A stretch of DNA of 64,000 nt, from contig OX597825.1 of the NCBI GenBank assembly GCA_951406725.2, positions 70,122,001 to 70,186,000 on the forward strand. The letters are read 5' to 3'. The notes below the pieces were generated by a model that was given only the letters and a program-made list of their open reading frames with translations, did not search any database and had not been told where the DNA came from. The stretch is from Octopus vulgaris (lineage: Eukaryota). A program made the translations under genes and the position numbers. Shown one piece after another: positions 57,614-64,000 of the stretch; position 1 is the stretch's first letter; the number at the start of each line of letters is the position of its first letter.

Positions 57614-59153
57614 GGCCATCTGAAAAACGCTATGAAAAAATACCGTTATATAAAGGGAAATTACTGTGTTATAATTCTGCTACTTATATAAATTAAGATT
57701 AAAAGTTCATAGTAAACACGTAAACATAGCTAGTCATACGCTCACATGTGCGCTCGCGGACTTACGTGCGTATTTATACTTCACTATGAAAACGTACACA
57801 TCTTCACTCGCATTTTTCGCCAAATGTATACGCATATATATACAAACTCATACACACACACGCGTACCGTAAAAGTTCATACATACGTCTATATACGCAC
57901 AAGCACAAGAAAAACATGGTTAAAGGTAACAGAAAAAAACACAAGGAAGTATACAAAGCATAAAAACCACGTTCATATACGAACATGGCCTTATGCACTC
58001 ATACACACACACGCCCATATATGTACATACCCGCACATGTTTATATATGCATACACACACACGCATACACAAAAAATGAATATACATATGACCCAAAATC
58101 CTAAAAAATTGTAAAAATACCAAGTAAAAACGTCTATATATATATATGCATTCTTATGCCCGCACACACGCACACATCTAAAACTGCCCATTCATACATA
58201 TTCACACACGTGTACAAATGAATCTATATACACGTCTATATAGGCACAGGAAAAAATGCAGGATGGAAGAGTACAAAAAAATTATTATGTGTGAAAATAT
58301 AAAAATATATGAAATAATAAAAGGTATAATGAGATAAAAAAACTTCTTTGGACATAATATAAAAAGCAAGTTCTATCTGTTTTCTTTAGGGGACCAAAAA
58401 CGTAACAAAAACTTGCTTTTTATATTATGTCCAAAAACGTTTTTTATCTCATTATATCTTTTATTATTTCATATATTTTTATATTTTCACACATAATAAT
58501 TTTTTTGTACTCTTCCATTCTGCATTTCTTTCCTGTGCCTATATAAACGTGTATATAGATTCATTTGTACACGTGTGTGAATATGTATGAGTGGGCAGTT
58601 TTAGATGTGTGCGTGTGTGCGGGCATAAGAATGCATATATATATATAGACGTTCTTACTTGGTATTTTTACAATTTTTTAAGGTTTTTTGGGGCATATGT
58701 ATATTCATTTTTTGTGTATGCGTATATAAACATGTGCGGGTATGTACATATATGAGCGTGCGTGTGTATGAGTACATAAGGGCATGTCCGTATATGAACG
58801 TGGTTTTTATGTTTTGTATACTTCCTTGTGTTTTTTCTGTTACCTTTAACCATGTTTTTTCTTGTGCTTGTGCGTATATAGACGTATGTATGAACGTTTA
58901 CGGTATGCGCGTGCGTGTGAGTTTGTATATATATGCGTATACATTTGGCGAAAATGCGAGGGAAGATGTGTACGTTTTCATAGTGATGTATAAGTACGCA
59001 CGTGGGTCCGCGAGCGCACATGTGAGCGTATGACTAGCTACGTTTACGTGTTTACTATGAACTTTTAATCTTAATTTATATAAGTAGCAGAATTATAACA
59101 CAGTAATTTCCCTTTATATAACGGTATTTTTTCATAGCGTTTTTCAGATGGCC

Positions 59154-59216
59154 AGATAACCGAAGAGATGGTGTTGTGGATTTCCACTTCGGTATCTGAA
59201 ACTCAGAGTTTTATCT
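59154..59216 (+). ncRNA. hammerhead-like motif (U4C core variant), right arm of the 1.7-kb palindrome
   Basis: agataa CCGAAGA gat..gtgg attt ccac..atc t GAAAC tcaga GUU ttatct, with a 6-bp stem I. Confidence 0.6.
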
Positions 59217-59316
59217 TGACTATTGAGTAATTGTAACATATTATTTTATAGATAAATTTCCTCCATTTACATAATATTGAGGTCTCTTTCTTTCTTTTGT
59301 TATCTTAGCGTTTTTA

Positions 59317-59404
<88 letters not shown>

Positions 59405-59471
59405 ATATACTTTGATACTTTGATAGGTTTAGGCCATTATTGGCCCAGGCCATGTCTAACTTAATAGCACC

Positions 59472-59562
<91 letters not shown>

Positions 59563-59640
59563 GTATATATATGTATATATATATAAATATAAATATATAT
59601 ATACATACATATATATATATAAATATATATCCATACATAC

Positions 59641-59708
<68 letters not shown>

Positions 59709-59726
59709 TTATATGCCACTTCTTAA

Positions 59727-60257
59727 TTTCAATGGAGGCAATGCAAGTGGAAACTAGAGGAACATAATTAAGATCCACACTCGAAAATCAAATTCATACA
59801 TATTTTCTTCCATACTTACAAAATGGATATATAAATTCGAAGTTCCATCTACGGGTCGTTTCAGAGACGTGCCAAATAATATGATATATTTCATATTTTC
59901 AAAACTGACACTCCTCTCATCAGGATGTTTCACACACAATATACAAAAATAAATACAGAAATACTATTATACAATTACATACCAGCCATCTGTGATCTTA
60001 AATTTTTTTATTTTTGTATTATTTTCTGGGGAATTTAGCACGTCCTTTTAATGTTTTATCATCCCAAATTTTTAATTACACTAACGTATTATAACTTTTA
60101 AATGTAAATTCACTGTGGTTTGTATATAACAAATTTTTATATTTATATATTTAGAATTTATATATCCGTTTATGGAAGAATATATGAATGTATTTGATTT
60201 CCGAGTGTGGATTTTAATTATGTTCATCTAGTTTCCGCTTGCATTGCCTCCATTGAA
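59727..60257. repeat. inverted repeat (about 110-bp arms) enclosing a canonical hammerhead motif
   Basis: tttcaatggaggcaatgcaag... at 59727 versus ...cttgcattgcctccattgaaa at 60257. Confidence 0.88.
59846..59927 (-). ncRNA. type I hammerhead ribozyme motif (canonical core)
   Basis: Minus strand: catc CUGAUGA [gag..gugtca..aauauga / ucauauu..uggcac..cuc] u GAAAC gaccc GUA gaug. Stem I catc/gatg, a long pairable stem II and a GUA cleavage triplet. Confidence 0.75.
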
Positions 60258-60366
60258 ACTGAAGTGAAATACAGCTCACTTGGAGCACTACAACTCCAGT
60301 CTGTATCTTATTTGCGAGTATTGTTAACACTAGCAATCTGAAAATAAAGCTGTGTATTATATATAT

Positions 60367-60593
60367 ATATATTAAGGGCCTTTCTATACATAAATGCCTT
60401 ACGCTAGGTGGGACTCTTAAAGTCAAAACTACCATAAATGAAACCATATGATCTTCAGCTGAATCTGGTTTTAAAAGGTTCGCTTCGAGAGTTGCATTCC
60501 CTCACGTTTGGTACAATGTGGTTATTATGGTAATTTTGACTTTAATAGTCCCTCCTAGCGTGAGACATTTATGTATAGCAAAGCCCTTAATAT
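60367..60593. repeat. inverted repeat (about 70-bp arms)
   Basis: tatattaagggc...aaagtcaaaactaccataa / ttatggtaattttgacttt...gcccttaatata. Confidence 0.85.
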
Positions 60594-60852
60594 AAACAAA
60601 GGCATTTAAAGGGAATAATTAATAAATGTTTCCCTTATAAAGTTTTTCACGCTAAGTACTTGATAATTTCTTATAAAGATTTTATCCCATTTTAAAGTTG
60701 TATATATATATATATATATCAAGTTAGAGGAGTTTAATACCTCTAAGGGATAATTAAATCCAAAGTCGCTCCTGGTTATTAGCTGGGTAGGTAGAGTCTT
60801 TTGCAAGATTGTACGGTAGCAAGTGGTTCGGTTGGTAAACCGGAGGTTAGGT

Positions 60853-61080
60853 TATATAAGAGAACAAAATGGATAAAACAACAATGGGAAACTGGTGGAT
60901 TACGCTGGCATGTCTTCAATTAAATTAGTAACAAAAAAGTAAGAAGTAGTGATGAGGGTGGCATTATGTGGTGCCACCCTCATCTCTGCTTCTTAATTTT
61001 TTGTTACCTATTTAATTAGACATGCCAGCGTAATCCACCAGTCTCCCATTGTTGTTTTTTCCATTTTCTTCTCATATATA
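60853..61080. repeat. hairpin (about 110-bp arms, 8-nt loop)
   Basis: gatgagggtggca ttatgtgg tgccaccctcatc centre, with arms extending to (TA)n. Confidence 0.9.
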
Positions 61081-62021
61081 TATATATACCAGAAATTTGT
61101 CAAGTTACGTTGTAGCCGAACTATGGACAAATCGACGTGGGATTTTCCTGAAGACTTCTCATATGAAATATCAAGAGTTAAATAATATACAGAACACTCG
61201 TTTTTATACAAAACAGGCATTTTGTATAAAAGAGAAGTTTTGTATGAAAAAAGTAAAGTGGAGCATGTTACTTTTTCTTTATAGGAAGTAAAGTCTTTTT
61301 AAAATGATACGTGAAGTGGAAGATTTCGTGGAAACGTGGGTGCAACGAAAGCAGATGGTCTGTCATAGGTGAGTATATTGAATAAATATAAGGACAACAC
61401 TTTAACAATCATAGAAGAAAAAACATAAACATGACGCCTACAATATATGTGAAACCGGAAAAAGAACGGAAATTGCAAAGTACCAACTTTCGGGGGCCCA
61501 CATAAACAGTTACATATGTAGAAATTTAGGAAAATGCTCTACGAAACGATGAAGGTAAGTCTGCTAAAGGTTCACTAATGCAAAGAAGAAATATCTTAAT
61601 ATTGATGATGACGAAGCAGGATGCCAAAAACATTCGGATCCTGTTTATACATCTGTAAGTCTGAAACACTAAGCAGTAATTTAATTGCAAAAAATAAATA
61701 CATGTGCAACTCTAAAATGAAAAATATACTTTCTAAGGAACAAAAGTTATTAGGAGATATTAATCAACAGAGCATAACTGAAGGTTTTGGAGCGAGGGAA
61801 AATGTGGCCTAAAAATTTGTCCTAAGCAATAAAGTTATTACCAGAATATTTTTAACAGTTTATCCCGGCTGTTATTTCTCGGAACATCAGACATTAGCAT
61901 CAATAAGATTCGAGCACAACAAAAGTGCCATTAGTTATTGAAAAAATATATATTTACAAATACGAATTAATGAATATTAAATAAGTAACTCCTCCTGAAT
62001 ACTATTCTTACTATGAAAGCT

Positions 62022-62480
62022 CTCCACTCCCTGTGGGGCATTGGCCATCGAGGAATTTTCTTCATTGTCCTTGATTTTCCACTGCCCTTTCTGCTTCTTT
62101 TTAGTTGGATCCCTTATTCAGATCTGCCTCAATATTTTGTTTCCAGCTATTTTACCGCGTCCTCTCTTCCACTTCCATAGTATTTTCCTGGCCAGAGCCT
62201 GACGTGAATGCAGGGGGTTGGTGTCCTTTCGGATTTTGCTGTACAGCGTCATATATTTCTCTGAATAAAGGACCTTCCCCTCTCAAGTCCTGTTCGTTTT
62301 TAATTGTCATCGATGCTTCTAGATAGAGGTGGTGGCGTTACAGAAATCCATTTTTACCCTTAAACTGGCCCTTATCCTTTGACCTTTCCACAAATGAGGC
62401 TCTCGTAGACGCTTGCACTCCGCTAGCATAGCCCTCAGAGGTATTGAGGTACACAAGGTACCGCACTGCAACAAAGACTA
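62022..62480 (-). mobile_element. degenerate internally deleted RTE-clade LINE derivative
   Basis: Minus strand reads KWKRGRG, a frameshift, then NSWKQNIEADLNKGSN*KEAERAVENQGQ*RKFLDGQCPTG, an RTE ORF C-terminus with Trp codons decayed to stops. It is joined to an RTE-like 5' region (gctagcatagccctcagaggtattgaggtacacaag). Confidence 0.65.
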
Positions 62481-63134
62481 GACTTTATGGCGATAATCCC
62501 TTTTAATAAAGGAATATTCAAAAAAAGATCCTTGCCTATAGTCCCTTTCTTTTTTGGCTAAACAAGCTTTTACCGATATTTTAAACCAGTCTGGGATTGA
62601 CTACAAATGCTGTGAGATGACTTTCAACTATCTCTTCCATATGCATGTCGTAAAATTTTACACTTCAGCTGAAAGACACAGGAAACCCTATTACATCTGC
62701 TGTACACGAACTCAGGAAGGAAATTAATATAAAATGATGGTGGGAAAGAAAAATGCGTCAAGGCACACTTAAAGAGGGAAAAATGAATAAAAGCACTTAT
62801 AATATATTAAATAAATAAATAACATATTAGATAACATATTATAGCATATTAGATAAATAAATAGAGATAAGCTCAAGGACATCTACACGAATATTCTAAA
62901 ATTAATGAACTAGACAAAGTACAACACATACAAGTGAAAGTTAAGGCTAGGAAAACATATACGTTTCAGATTAACACTTACAAAAGAAATTCAACTAAAT
63001 GCTCTAAATTAAAATGAAACCGATCAGAGCTGTGTCCGTAGATTTCGTAGACGGAAACTAAAAGAAGCCCTTCGTATGTATGTATGTATGTATGTATGTA
63101 TGTATGTATGTATGTATGTATGTATGTATGTATG

Positions 63135-63168
<34 letters not shown>

Positions 63169-63399
63169 TGTATGTATGTATGTATGTATGTATGTATGTA
63201 TGTATGAATATATATATTCTTACACCTGCGTTAACTCCATTTTTTTATTCATATTATTCAAAATATTCAACGTAAACACGAAGTTTCTACCTTTATAAAC
63301 AAGGAGTTACAACACCTTTACTTGTGAGATTTTTGCTGCCCTGGTAACTATTTTTTTTTTTTTTCCATGTTAATTGTTAACAAGGTAAAAATACACTCA

Positions 63400-63455
<56 letters not shown>

Positions 63456-63519
63456 GGAGTAAACACATAAATGTGAAACAAGGTGCAAAAAAGAGTACTC
63501 AAATACCAGTGGTAGAGTA

Positions 63520-63613
63520 ATATGCTTTATTTAAAGCAGCAGAAAATTCAACAAAACCTTTTACTCTGAGTAACAGGTTTTGTTGAATTTTCTGCTGCTT
63601 TAAATAAAGTATA
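63520..63613. repeat. near-perfect hairpin
   Basis: ctttatttaaagcagcagaaaattcaacaaaacct...ttactctgagtaa...aggttttgttgaattttctgctgctttaaataaag. Confidence 0.92.
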
Positions 63614-63654
63614 TATATATATATATATATGAATATGTATTATATATATATATG

Positions 63655-63731
<77 letters not shown>

Positions 63732-63772
63732 AATGTATTTGTATGTATATATGTATGTATGTATATGTATAA

Positions 63773-63811
<39 letters not shown>

Positions 63812-64000
63812 AATTATTGATGGTAATGTTTGATGTTCCGAGAAATGACAGCTGGGATAAACTGTTAAAAACATTCTGGTAATAACTTTATTCCTTACCA
63901 TTCTCAGGACAAATTTTTAGGCCACATTTTCCCTCGTTCCAAAACCTTTAGTGATATCTTCGAAACATGTGTCGGAAGTAAAAGTATTTGAATTACACCT

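Larger units (their letters stand above)
57517..59250. repeat. about 1.73-kb imperfect palindrome (arms about 850 bp, spacer about 37 bp at 58373-58409)
   Basis: Arms are reverse complements throughout, with scattered substitutions and indels. The mirrored ORFs 57746+ and 58668- show this. Confidence 0.95.
61772..63955. repeat. pair of inverted copies of about 140 bp (61772-61907 and about 63812-63955)
   Basis: gagggaaaatgtggcctaaaaatttgtcct versus aggacaaatttttaggccacattttccctc. Confidence 0.8.

Noticed and set aside
57517-59250. Palindrome as a sequencing or assembly fold-back artefact
   Set aside because: Arms differ by many substitutions and indels and have a distinct spacer, which an artefact would not usually produce. 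Read-level confirmation is still desirable.
61138-61178. CTGAAGA…GAAA hammerhead-like match
   Set aside because: No convincing stem II or stem I, so likely chance. Weak matches near 3905, 8960, 17700, 52140 and 63962 were likewise not called.

Overview
AT-rich, microsatellite-saturated eukaryotic genomic DNA. The repeat families and composition look like a coleoid cephalopod (Octopus-like); this is an inference. Almost all ORFs in the supplied track are translations of simple repeats. One real protein-coding gene can be assembled by hand: a 4-exon, minus-strand MAP1LC3C-like (ATG8/LC3 family) gene with CDS exons 50890-50815, 31554-31499, 28613-28507 and 27587-27350 (158 aa), and a 26-aa tail after the conserved Gly. 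The rest is transposon-derived: at least four tRNA-headed SINE families (one forming head-less tandem arrays), a mariner transposase fragment, a Tc1-type MITE, two non-autonomous Helitrons, an R4/Dong-like RLE LINE 3' end sitting in (TAA)n, and RTE remnants. The most striking unexplained structure is a diverse set of short non-coding elements, most of them in or next to (TA)n tracts. They form fold-back or partial-tandem inverted repeats (up to about 1.7 kb) and repeatedly carry minimal type I hammerhead-ribozyme motifs (CUGANGA...GAAAC..GUH with paired stem I). This fits non-autonomous Penelope-like or retrozyme-type elements. All folds and alignments were done by eye, and repeat boundaries are approximate.
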